IMG/VR virus record: IMGVR_UViG_3300021412_000003
Location: 4,929 to 68,928 of that record
Strand: one strand, 5' to 3'
Length of the DNA stretch: 64,000 nucleotides
Source: a virus
Taxonomy: Duplodnaviria > Caudoviricetes
Shown: positions 36,285-44,714 of the stretch, piece after piece
How the letters are laid out: each line of letters opens with the position of its first letter
How positions within the stretch are numbered: position 1 is the stretch's first letter
Notes under the pieces: generated by a model
Database searches by the model: none
Told to the model about the DNA's origin: nothing
The model's input: only the letters and a program-made list of their open reading frames with translations
Made by a program: the position numbers and the translations under genes

Positions 36285-36886
36285 GCGCTGTTCAAAAAGC
36301 GGGAGACTTCATTCAGCTTCTCAAGGCCAACGGCTGGACTGGGAAGCTGGATCTCGACGAAAAGAACGACTGGGCGAAGATATTCGCCAGGCGCGATCAG
36401 GAACGGTTGGAGATCGGCTGGTGTGACAACCAGCTGATCGGCCCGCCCAGATACGAGTTCGGCGGCACCGTCGCGAATCTTCACAGCGCGGCGGTAGCCC
36501 GGCAGCACGTACGGGCGAGCAAGCCGGACATGGCCATGTACCTCAAGCGCAAGCGGCGCAAAGTGCGGGCGGTACAACGTGCCACGCAAAACAACTCAAG
36601 CAGTGCCGAAGTGGAGTTCGACACAACGCAACATGAACTTCCATTCGACATTGACGAATCCACCGACAAGGAAATTCTACGCGCCATTCGTGGCGCAACC
36701 GTAATTTGGAAGAACCGCCTCACCGGAATGCCGGAGAGTGAGTACGTCCCTCGAGAGATGAATCGCGACCTGGAGAACACGTTCTACGTGGCGGAGAGCT
36801 CTACGGGACGGGCGTACATCAGCTTCATGACGAGTGGTGGCGTGTTCCGTGCGGTTGCGCTCGAGCAAATACTACAGGTAAGGTAA
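36281..36886 (+). CDS. Hypothetical protein
   Basis: 201 aa ORF, ATGA overlap. Confidence 0.65.
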   Translation: MSAVQKAGDFIQLLKANGWTGKLDLDEKNDWAKIFARRDQERLEIGWCDNQLIGPPRYEFGGTVANLHSAAVARQHVRASKPDMAMYLKRKRRKVRAVQRATQNNSSSAEVEFDTTQHELPFDIDESTDKEILRAIRGATVIWKNRLTGMPESEYVPREMNRDLENTFYVAESSTGRAYISFMTSGGVFRAVALEQILQVR

Positions 36887-36890
36887 CAGC

Positions 36891-36995
36891 ATGAATCATG
36901 AGGACTTGGTTCTTGTCGTAAACTGCATCTTCTGGTCCATCTTCGTGATCTGTGCCGTGATCGGATGGATCTTCTGGTTGCGGCGGTTCAAGTGA
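36891..36995 (+). CDS. 34-aa single-TM protein
   Basis: Hand translation MNHEDLVLVVNCIFWSIFVICAVIGWIFWLRRFK. Confidence 0.5.
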   Translation: MNHEDLVLVVNCIFWSIFVICAVIGWIFWLRRFK

Positions 36996-37192
36996 TCCCG
37001 GATTGGATTCTCTGGTGGCTCTGGGAACACATGCCGCGAGGTGGTCGACCTGGATGACGATCTACTGCCATAGCTCTGTTCAATTTCCCGGAGAAAAACA
37101 CAGATGCACTTGTACATGGTCCGGCTGTGACGGAGGATTTCACATGTGCTACTGTGGCAATCACTGGAATACATACCGAAAGGAGGTGAGGA

Positions 37193-39124
37193 ATGGCCAA
37201 GAAGATACGGGTAGAAAAGTACCGGAATGAGATCCGGGTGTACTGCCCATGGAGCGAGAACGGCCCGCGTGCGTGCAAGTCGGTGCACGGGGCATCCTGG
37301 AATCCGAAAGAGAAGTGCTGGACCTATCCGCTGTTGTGGCAGATCTGTCTGGAGATCCGATCCAAGATTGCTACGCCACTCGGCATGGATCTGGAGATCG
37401 GGGAGGAGATGAGTGAATGGGCGCATGCCGAAAAGGCTCGTCAGGCCACCATCCCCGACGTATTAGGTTTGGAGGCTGTGACACTGGACCGCCTCCCGAC
37501 TTTGAATCCGGTACTTTTTGGTGCAGCATCGAGTCGGCCCTTCCAGACTGTTGGGATCAAGTTCGGAGCGATGAACCGAGAGGTTCTGCTGGCGGATGAC
37601 CCCGGTCTCGGAAAGACCATGCAAACCATCGGGATGTTTCAAGAGGCGAACGTGACCGGCCCGATCCTGGTGGTGGCTCCCAAGGCTGCGGCCATGATCA
37701 CCTGGCCGAACGAGATCCGGAGATGGACGGATAACGAAGAGGTATTCGTCTTCAGCGCGGACATTCCGGTTGGCAGGCGCAATGACCGGATTCGTACGAT
37801 CTTCGAGAAGGCGTGGATACATCAGGACCGTAGATTCTGGGTGATCATCAATCCGTACTGGTTGCGGGCGGATGTGAAGCTGAACGACTACGGCAAGTAT
37901 GAGAGGGATGACAAGGGATACAAGATCATCACCAGCAAGCTCCCCTCGATTTTTGAGAAGCCCTGGGCTGGCGTCGTAGTAGATGAGTCCCATACTACTC
38001 TCGCGGGCAGCACTGGCAATGCGAAGAAGTGGTCGCAACAGCGTCGAGGTCTTGGAGCGGTAGTTTTGAAGCCGAACGGGATTCGGGTGGCTATCTCTGG
38101 AACTCCATTCCGGGGCAAGCCAGAGAATCTGTTCGGAACCCTGCAATGGCTGCGACCGGATCTCTACACTTCCTACTGGAAGTGGATCGGTCGGCATTTC
38201 CAGACCGAGAGCGATGGTTATACGCAAGTCATCACCGGCGGCATCATCAGCGAGAAGGCTTTCTACGACGAGGCTGCCACCGTGATGATTCGCCGCACGA
38301 AGGATCAAGTTGCCCCGGATCTTCCGCCAAAGATGTACGGCGGAGAGCCCCTGGACAAGGAGAATCCGGACAGCGTGGTGGGTGTGTGGCTGCCCATGGA
38401 GAAGAAGCAGGCCACTCAGTACGCAGCCATGGCGAAGGCTGCCGAGGCAGAGATCGAAGGCGGGCGTCTGGAAGCCATCGGCATCCTGGCGGAGATGACC
38501 CGCCTGAAGCAGTTCTCCAACTCTGCTATGTCTGTGGAGTTTGACAAGAAAGGCGAACCCAAGTACAAGCCGATACTTCCCAGTAACAAGGTGGAATGGA
38601 TCGAGGAGTTTCTCTCTGAACGAGATCTGGTGGGTCGAGGGGCCAAGGGAACGAGCAAGCTGATCATCGCGAGTCAGTTTACTGGCTTTCTCAATATGCT
38701 CGGTGGTCACCTGGACAGCATAGGAGTGGAATACTACAAGCTTACGGGTGAGACAAACGACAAGGAGCGAGTTCGCATTGCGGACGAGTTCCAGAATAAT
38801 CCGGATAGCGCCAAGGTGTTCGTCCTGAACACCCGCGCTGGCGGTGTCTCGCTTACGCTGGACGCGGCTGATGACGTGATCATCTGCGATGAGACGTGGA
38901 TCCCGGACGATCAGTTGCAGGTAGAGGATCGCGCGCACCGATTGTCTCGCATAGATCACAACGTGACAATCTGGTACTTGCGAAGCCTCGGGACAATTGA
39001 GGAAGGCATCGGAGCGACCACTACGGAAAGAGAAAAAGTATGCCGAGGCCTAATCGACGGAACAAGAGGCGTGGATTTTGGGAAGCAATTCTTGACTTCC
39101 TCGAGGAGATCTTCACATGATTGA
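37193..39124 (+). CDS. SNF2-family DNA helicase
   Basis: LADDPGLGKT, VDESH, SGTP, SLTL..AD, QVEDRAHR; AGGAGGTG RBS. Confidence 0.92.
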   Translation: MAKKIRVEKYRNEIRVYCPWSENGPRACKSVHGASWNPKEKCWTYPLLWQICLEIRSKIATPLGMDLEIGEEMSEWAHAEKARQATIPDVLGLEAVTLDRLPTLNPVLFGAASSRPFQTVGIKFGAMNREVLLADDPGLGKTMQTIGMFQEANVTGPILVVAPKAAAMITWPNEIRRWTDNEEVFVFSADIPVGRRNDRIRTIFEKAWIHQDRRFWVIINPYWLRADVKLNDYGKYERDDKGYKIITSKLPSIFEKPWAGVVVDESHTTLAGSTGNAKKWSQQRRGLGAVVLKPNGIRVAISGTPFRGKPENLFGTLQWLRPDLYTSYWKWIGRHFQTESDGYTQVITGGIISEKAFYDEAATVMIRRTKDQVAPDLPPKMYGGEPLDKENPDSVVGVWLPMEKKQATQYAAMAKAAEAEIEGGRLEAIGILAEMTRLKQFSNSAMSVEFDKKGEPKYKPILPSNKVEWIEEFLSERDLVGRGAKGTSKLIIASQFTGFLNMLGGHLDSIGVEYYKLTGETNDKERVRIADEFQNNPDSAKVFVLNTRAGGVSLTLDAADDVIICDETWIPDDQLQVEDRAHRLSRIDHNVTIWYLRSLGTIEEGIGATTTEREKVCRGLIDGTRGVDFGKQFLTSSRRSSHD

Positions 39125-39407
39125 GATGATTGCGGCCTTCATCTCCATCGCGGTCACTTCGGTTGTGGGCACTTCTTCGTACTACCGATGGCGAGTTCGT
39201 CCTAGGTGGGAAAAGAAGGCTATCAGAGCTTGGTATCCACCGGCCGACATGGGCGATGCGATGTTCCCTCGAGACGAGGAGCTGGAACGCCTGGCCGCTG
39301 CCCGTGAGCTGCACGATAGCGGCCGGTTGCACCCGCCTAGGGCCGATTCTGGTCGGCCCGCACGTATCTATCGTGCCCGTACTCGAGGTAAACGATCAAC
39401 GCTTTAG
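39117..39407 (+). CDS. N-terminal TM protein
   Basis: Hydrophobic N-terminus. Confidence 0.5.
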   Translation: MIEMIAAFISIAVTSVVGTSSYYRWRVRPRWEKKAIRAWYPPADMGDAMFPRDEELERLAAARELHDSGRLHPPRADSGRPARIYRARTRGKRSTL

Positions 39408-39542
39408 GGCGATTGTCCCAATAAAACTGCATAAAAGTTTGCAAAAGTTGCCCGAAATGGGCAGTCAATGGTGTAGGCTGTAGTAAGGCAGCAAGCGCCG
39501 AGCGTGAAAGAATGGCCGAGAGGCCCCGACTGAAGGAACGAA

Positions 39543-40004
39543 ATGGCACCATCGAACAAGGAACAACTTCAGGCTCTTACGGCCGAGGAAGTCAATCCCA
39601 CCGAGGCGCACATCTCCCTCGCCAAGTTTCTTACCGAAAACGGTCCGATCGAGATCACCGCCGATCAGGCGTGCATGTTCATTCTGGGCCACCGCATCTG
39701 GCAGTCCTCGGACGAGCGTAAGGAAGAGAAGGAAGCCCTGAAGGGCTCCCGCGCGGAAGAGGCGGAGCAGAAGCGCGCTCTGGCGGAAGCGGCTCGCGCA
39801 GCGAAGAAGGCCGAGGCCGAAAAGAGGGCGGCCGAGCGCGAAGTCAAGAAGACTCAGAAGGCGGCGAAGGACGCGGATAGCGACGACGATCTCGCTGAGG
39901 CGACCGATGAGGAGTCCCTCGAGGACACCGACGGCGAGACCTCCGAGCCGGTGGAAGAGGCCAAGCCGAAGCGGCGTCGGCGCGTCGCGGCCGGGGAGTT
40001 CTAA
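39543..40004 (+). CDS. Highly biased early protein, paralogue of 29893
   Basis: AAGGAAC RBS; charged helical C-terminus. Confidence 0.75.
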   Translation: MAPSNKEQLQALTAEEVNPTEAHISLAKFLTENGPIEITADQACMFILGHRIWQSSDERKEEKEALKGSRAEEAEQKRALAEAARAAKKAEAEKRAAEREVKKTQKAAKDADSDDDLAEATDEESLEDTDGETSEPVEEAKPKRRRRVAAGEF

Positions 40005-40030
40005 GACCACCCCCTCCCTAACCCCCTCAG

Positions 40031-40384
40031 GGGACAGTAGCGGCTCGGTCTGTAAAACTGAGCGAGGCGCTGTAAGGGTGGCCGGGTCCAGGATTCAAGG
40101 GGTTGATTCCTGGGCTGCGGAGGAGATTGGGCCGAAGGTACGAAGAGGTGGAAGTCCTCAGTGTAAGCCCCAAACCCAATCTCCTCCGGAGCACCGGTTC
40201 TGCGAAGACCACTGAAGGGAAGTGCCACAGCGTATCCGCTCGAGACGAGTTACGATCGTGTGAGGTAGCGCACCTCGGGAAGGGGAATACATGCCCCTTT
40301 CAGCGACCGAGCCAATGATCTCACCGCCTCGCACGGCGGGAGCGGCGCTAGTGCTTCAGTGGTCTTCGGAGGTACCGGTTAACC
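40031..40384 (+). ncRNA. Candidate large structured ncRNA with pseudoknot
   Basis: Perfect helices 40118-40131/40175-40188 (14 bp), 40203-40217/40354-40368 (15 bp), 40042-40050/40305-40313 (9 bp, crossing), plus several hairpins; no credible ORF. Confidence 0.65.
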
Positions 40385-40696
40385 ATGGCGAACAGCCCGG
40401 AGGCAAACAAGAAAAGAATGGAGCTTCTGGTATGGGTGGACGACGGCACTCATCCAGAGGGCGGATATCCATACGCAAGTACGATTGCGCCCGAACGGCA
40501 CGGGAGCAAGTCCGTCTATGTGAACTGGGGTTGTCGGTGTCCACACTGCACACTAGCGAACACCAACGAGCAAGGAATAAGGCGACATGCAAATAGACTT
40601 GCCGCTTTTGCGGCAGAGCGAGCGCACCTGTTTTCGCAGGTGTACACAAAGATGGTGGTGGGCATATCGCGAGGGCCTCGTCCTCCGAAAGCTTGA
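40385..40696 (+). CDS. Small HG..Y..GCRC..C zinc protein
   Basis: HGSKSVYVNWGCRCPHC motif common in actinophages. Confidence 0.55.
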   Translation: MANSPEANKKRMELLVWVDDGTHPEGGYPYASTIAPERHGSKSVYVNWGCRCPHCTLANTNEQGIRRHANRLAAFAAERAHLFSQVYTKMVVGISRGPRPPKA

Positions 40697-41753
40697 TTCA
40701 GGAGCAGCCTGGTTCGGTACCGGCCTCCACGTCTGCTTGGCGGAATGGTACATCCCCGGCAAGAAGCGCGGGCGTCCTCTGCTGGAAACCTGGGCTGAGT
40801 ACACCAAGGACTCGTACGAGAAGATTCGCATTCAAGACGAGTTCGGTGACGAGGACGCCTCCACATACGAAGACGCCGTGATTCTCGGGCAAGAGATGCT
40901 CGAGATGTACGAAGAGAAGTACGGGCTGGACGAGCAGTTCGAGGTGATTGCACCCGAGCAGCGCTTCCGGGTTCTCATCCCAGACCCCGACAATCCCAAG
41001 CGGGCGATTGCCGAGAACGTAGGCACCTTCGATGCGGTAGTGCGGGATTATTCCGACGGTCGTGTCAAGATGATTGATCACAAGAGCTGCCGATTCTTTG
41101 CGTACCGGCATTTGACCCTTGACGATCAGGGCGGTAGCTACTGCGCGCTCAGCACGCACGCGCTTCGTCAAGAAGGGCTGATCGGCCCCAAAGAGGCTGT
41201 CTCGGGGATGATCTACAACTTCCTGCGCAAAGCGCGGCGGGATACCCGCCCCGAGAACGAGAAGGGCGAGAAGCTCAACAAGCCCGAGAAGAAACACTAC
41301 GCGGCGGCACTGGCAAAACATCTCGGCGATTCCGATGACAAGTGGTGGATGAAACAAACTCTGTCGGCTCTGCAAGGGGCTGCCCTTGAATATGGCCTCT
41401 CCGTTGGCGGAGACGTGAGCAAGAATCAACCGAGCCCGGTGTTCTATCGGCACTTCGTAGAGCGTACGGCCAAGGAGCGCAACCGGCAGATCGTCCGTAT
41501 CGGTGAAGAAGTTCAGATCATGAACTTGGTGCGCGAAGGCGTGATTCCGATCACCAAGAACCCGACGGACGCTTGCGCCAATCTCTGCGACTTCTTCGAC
41601 CTGTGCGAACTTGACGAGGCTGGTGGAGACACGGACGACATGAAGTCCATGATGTTCTCCGTGAGAGATCCTTACCACGACCATCGGAAAGGAGCAGAAA
41701 ACAGCAAGACCTCGGTCGCCGCCGATACTCGCAGAAAGGTTACCAGTGGCTAG
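40587..41753 (+). CDS. Cas4-like / PD-(D/E)XK exonuclease
   Basis: SERTCFRRC, GTFD...IDHKS, C-terminal C..C..C cluster. Confidence 0.85.
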   Translation: MQIDLPLLRQSERTCFRRCTQRWWWAYREGLVLRKLDSGAAWFGTGLHVCLAEWYIPGKKRGRPLLETWAEYTKDSYEKIRIQDEFGDEDASTYEDAVILGQEMLEMYEEKYGLDEQFEVIAPEQRFRVLIPDPDNPKRAIAENVGTFDAVVRDYSDGRVKMIDHKSCRFFAYRHLTLDDQGGSYCALSTHALRQEGLIGPKEAVSGMIYNFLRKARRDTRPENEKGEKLNKPEKKHYAAALAKHLGDSDDKWWMKQTLSALQGAALEYGLSVGGDVSKNQPSPVFYRHFVERTAKERNRQIVRIGEEVQIMNLVREGVIPITKNPTDACANLCDFFDLCELDEAGGDTDDMKSMMFSVRDPYHDHRKGAENSKTSVAADTRRKVTSG

Positions 41754-41937
41754 GAGTCTTAAGACCCTGGGCATTCAAGAAGCGAATGCTCTTCGTCAGC
41801 GGGTCCGACGCCAGCACAATCTAGACAGGATTCGTAGGTCTGATGCAGATTACCTCGTGGATCTACTGAATAAGTTCGAGGCCCGCGTAGTCTCCATGCA
41901 AGAGGGAGACGACGATGAAACAAGGAAGGAGTTGTAA
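41746..41937 (+). CDS. Hypothetical protein
   Basis: Coupled between nuclease and ATPase. Confidence 0.55.
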   Translation: MARSLKTLGIQEANALRQRVRRQHNLDRIRRSDADYLVDLLNKFEARVVSMQEGDDDETRKEL

Positions 41938-42780
41938 ATGACCCATCCCAGCATCATTTCGCTTGAGGATGAAGAAGACAAGGTCAACCTTCTCGTCTAC
42001 GGGAAGTCCGGTGTCGGAAAGACCGTGTGGGCCGGTAGCGCAGACAACGTTCTGTTCCTCGCTCCGGAGGATGACGGCACCATTTCCGCCAAGCGGCGGG
42101 GCTCCAAGGCGAAGAAGTGGAAGATTCATGACTGGGGAGATCTCATGGAGGCCCTGGAGTGGCTGGAGGACAATCCGGACCATGGTTTTGACGTGATCTG
42201 CATTGATTCCATCACGCACATGCAGCAGATTCTGCTCCGTCACATTCTTCAAGTGGTGGTGGAGGAGAAGCCGGACCGCGATCTGGACATTCCGGCGATC
42301 CAGGACCATCAGAAGTGGCAGAACATGTTCAAGCGATTCGTTCTGCGCTTCAACGCGCTGCCCGTGAACGTGGTGTGGACGGCCCTGGTTCGCAACGAGA
42401 CAGACGAAGAGGGAAACGACTTCCTCACGCCCGACATCCAGGGCAAGGGCTATCAGATGTCCCAGACTATCTGCTCGTACATGACGAGTTATGGCTGTTT
42501 GCAGGCCAAGCGAGTCAAGATCAAGAACCCGAAGGAAGGAGGTCCGGAATACACGATCGTCCGTACGATCATCTGGGAGGACACCGGCGTCGTTCAGGGC
42601 AAGGATCGTACCGGCGCACTGGCCCCGTCCACTCGTAATAAGACTCTGCAGGAAGTCTTGGACGCGGTCTTCCCGTCCGTTGGCGGAGTTGCCACAGATC
42701 GTAAGCCCCGTCTGGGATCCACAAGGGTCAAATCCACCCGCGTCTCTGCCTCCACGGCAGTAGAGAAAGTTGAGGCGTAA
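41938..42780 (+). CDS. AAA_24 / Sak4-like ATPase (recombination)
   Basis: Walker A YGKSGVGKT, Walker B ICIDSIT, KDRTG. Confidence 0.85.
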   Translation: MTHPSIISLEDEEDKVNLLVYGKSGVGKTVWAGSADNVLFLAPEDDGTISAKRRGSKAKKWKIHDWGDLMEALEWLEDNPDHGFDVICIDSITHMQQILLRHILQVVVEEKPDRDLDIPAIQDHQKWQNMFKRFVLRFNALPVNVVWTALVRNETDEEGNDFLTPDIQGKGYQMSQTICSYMTSYGCLQAKRVKIKNPKEGGPEYTIVRTIIWEDTGVVQGKDRTGALAPSTRNKTLQEVLDAVFPSVGGVATDRKPRLGSTRVKSTRVSASTAVEKVEA

Positions 42781-42782
42781 GA

Positions 42783-43589
42783 ATGCCCACAGTCAAGTTC
42801 GGAAATCACGGTATCACCAATACGAAGGAAGCGGTCGACGCTGAGCTGGAAGGTGGGTTCTATAGCGGCCACGTTCCGCAGGAGCGCGGGGTGTATCCCT
42901 GCTTCGTCAAGATCCTGGATCTCGTCACCAATAAGAACGGTGACGCCATGGTCAAGGGCCTGGCGATCGTGGATGCGCCGAAGAAGCACAAATTCGCGGA
43001 GTACAACGGCTACGGCATCTGGTTTCAGCAGAACGTTACGGATCAGGGCACCCCGTTCGTCAATCAGCTCCTGAACGCTCTCTCGGACGGCACGGCGGGG
43101 CACGCCAGGAAGATCCGGACCGCGTTCTGGGAGGGTGGAATCCAGACCGAGAAGCCGCTGCCCAAGAAGCCCAGTCAGTCGGCGGGTGCGATCCTCAAGA
43201 TCGGGCCGCTGCGCTTCATGGATCTGGACGAGAAGAAGATCCGCATCCTGATCGCGGGTAAGCCCGGTTCGTACAACGGCGAGGCTAAGCTCGAAGCCGC
43301 ACGGTATATTATGAAGACGGTCGAGGAGGACGAAGACGACGAGGACGAGGACGAGATCGACGGTCTCGACGAGTTCTCGGGCGATTCGGAGGCCTCGGTG
43401 GATATCGACGACGAAGACGAGGATGATGACGAGGATGATGACGAGGAGGACGAAGACGAGGATGACGAAGACGAGGATGATGACGAGGAGGACGAAGACG
43501 ACGAAGAGCCAGAGTCAGAGCCCGAAGTCGTAACCCCCATTAAGAAGAAGGCCGCGTCGAAGAAGACCCGCAAGGAGCCCGCGTTCTAA
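42783..43589 (+). CDS. Single-stranded DNA-binding protein with long acidic tail
   Basis: After Sak4-like ATPase; OB-like core, D/E tract, C-terminal PAF. Confidence 0.65.
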   Translation: MPTVKFGNHGITNTKEAVDAELEGGFYSGHVPQERGVYPCFVKILDLVTNKNGDAMVKGLAIVDAPKKHKFAEYNGYGIWFQQNVTDQGTPFVNQLLNALSDGTAGHARKIRTAFWEGGIQTEKPLPKKPSQSAGAILKIGPLRFMDLDEKKIRILIAGKPGSYNGEAKLEAARYIMKTVEEDEDDEDEDEIDGLDEFSGDSEASVDIDDEDEDDDEDDDEEDEDEDDEDEDDDEEDEDDEEPESEPEVVTPIKKKAASKKTRKEPAF

Positions 43590-43677
43590 TGTGTCCGAAC
43601 TGCTACCATTCTACCCATATGCATGGGCAGATGGGTTGCATCCTCTGTAAATGTACAAATACAGGGAATAATACCTG

Positions 43678-43902
43678 ATGAAATACTTCCGCACAAAGCT
43701 TCACTATCAGCCTCGTCCATCCGAGGCGATCACCTGGCTGTATGCCCACAAGCACACCTCGCGAGGTTCGAAAGAGATCAAGATCGGGATGTGCTGGCAC
43801 CAGCAGTCCACGATGCTAACTCACTGGTTCGTGTGGGGTGCTCGTCACTCGGATAACAAGTGGCTGAAGGGCGAGCATGAGAGGCTCCATGTGAGCCAGT
43901 GA
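43678..43902 (+). CDS. Hypothetical protein
   Basis: TGATG coupling. Confidence 0.5.
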   Translation: MKYFRTKLHYQPRPSEAITWLYAHKHTSRGSKEIKIGMCWHQQSTMLTHWFVWGARHSDNKWLKGEHERLHVSQ

Positions 43903-43905
43903 AAT

Positions 43906-44022
43906 AGGCGGTGGTCAATCTGTGACTTCAAAACCGCAGGGCCTCGAGGTAACGATCAGAGTGAGCGCGCTAGCGAGGATTGGGCGCGGACCGACCCTCA
44001 TTCGCTCTGATGACCACTGCCT
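43906..44022 (+). ncRNA. Structured RNA / 5' leader
   Basis: Helices 43906-43917/44011-44022 and 43955-43965/44001-44011; inner CGCGC/GCGCG hairpin. Confidence 0.5.
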
Positions 44023-44046
44023 TCCAACTACAAAAAGGAGGTGAAT

Positions 44047-44124
44047 ATGGGTTCTAACGATGCCAGCATTGGCATTCTGTTGCTCCAACTGCTGAAGTAC
44101 ATGCAGACCGGTAGCGGCAACTGA
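44047..44124 (+). CDS. 25-aa peptide MGSNDASIGILLLQLLKYMQTGSGN
   Basis: Near-perfect AAGGAGGTGA RBS. Confidence 0.55.
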   Translation: MGSNDASIGILLLQLLKYMQTGSGN

Positions 44125-44162
44125 TCTATAAAGTTCGGTCATCATACCCTCATCAGGTATTG

Positions 44163-44192
44163 CGGGGATCGGTTAGACGACGCCGGTCCCCG
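44163..44192 (+). terminator. 10-bp hairpin after peptide gene
   Basis: CGGGGATCGG / CCGGTCCCCG. Confidence 0.45.
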
Positions 44193-44282
44193 TTCCTAGA
44201 ATATATGACAGGTCGGATTGGCCCCTAAATGCCCTCGGGTATGGTAGGCTGATATAACCTGTTAGGTTTGGAAAGGCGAATT

Positions 44283-44714
44283 GTGCAGACCTACATGACC
44301 CGGTTCGGTTTCTGGCGAACCGCCCTGGACCTGCATCCGGACGAGCTGCGTGTCAGTATCTCTTCCGCCAAGCTGGTCCTGGACCATCTTCTTGGCGGAG
44401 ACGATCCCCGTCCTTCTCCGGAAGAAACTCCTTGCTGGATGAGCCTTCTGGACGCCTGGACCGAGCATGAACACGCGCTGGCGAATTATGGAGCTGTGCT
44501 GTGCTCTCGTGAGTGGAGCCACAACGATCATAAGATGAGCCCTGAAGCCACCTGGTTTGCGGCGCGGCAGCGTGATATTCGAGGCTACGGCTGGCTATAT
44601 AGCCGCCCGGCATGGGCTACAGACGTTAGCGTGCTCACCGGACACCGTCAAAAATTAGTCAACCTGCGGCCGGAGTGGTATGGGCCTAAATTTGATATGG
44701 AGAAGACTGGATGA
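44283..44714 (+). CDS. Divergent pyrimidine-dimer glycosylase (endonuclease V)-like protein, MSMEG_6728 type
   Basis: MQTY start, W..HE.AL..YG..EW, PAW...H...L..P.WY...F; downstream of GGGTATGG-TAGGCT -10. Confidence 0.55.
   Translation: MQTYMTRFGFWRTALDLHPDELRVSISSAKLVLDHLLGGDDPRPSPEETPCWMSLLDAWTEHEHALANYGAVLCSREWSHNDHKMSPEATWFAARQRDIRGYGWLYSRPAWATDVSVLTGHRQKLVNLRPEWYGPKFDMEKTG

Noticed and set aside
37463-38959. Long minus-strand ORFs (this 498-aa one, also 13140-14516, 28709-29893, 40698-41774, 59766-60968)
   Set aside because: Shadows of GC-biased plus-strand genes; no motifs or RBS, and all credible genes are on the + strand.
40044-40062. tRNA-Tyr (anticodon arm TCGGT-CTGTAAA-ACTGA)
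   Set aside because: No D-arm, no canonical TTCGA T-loop at the right distance and no matching acceptor stem; the same bases pair better long-range with 40305-40313.
43320-43515. GAC/GAG/GAT repeat tract as a special repeat element
   Set aside because: Explained by the acidic tail of the SSB-like protein; the poly-Ser antisense ORF is an artefact.
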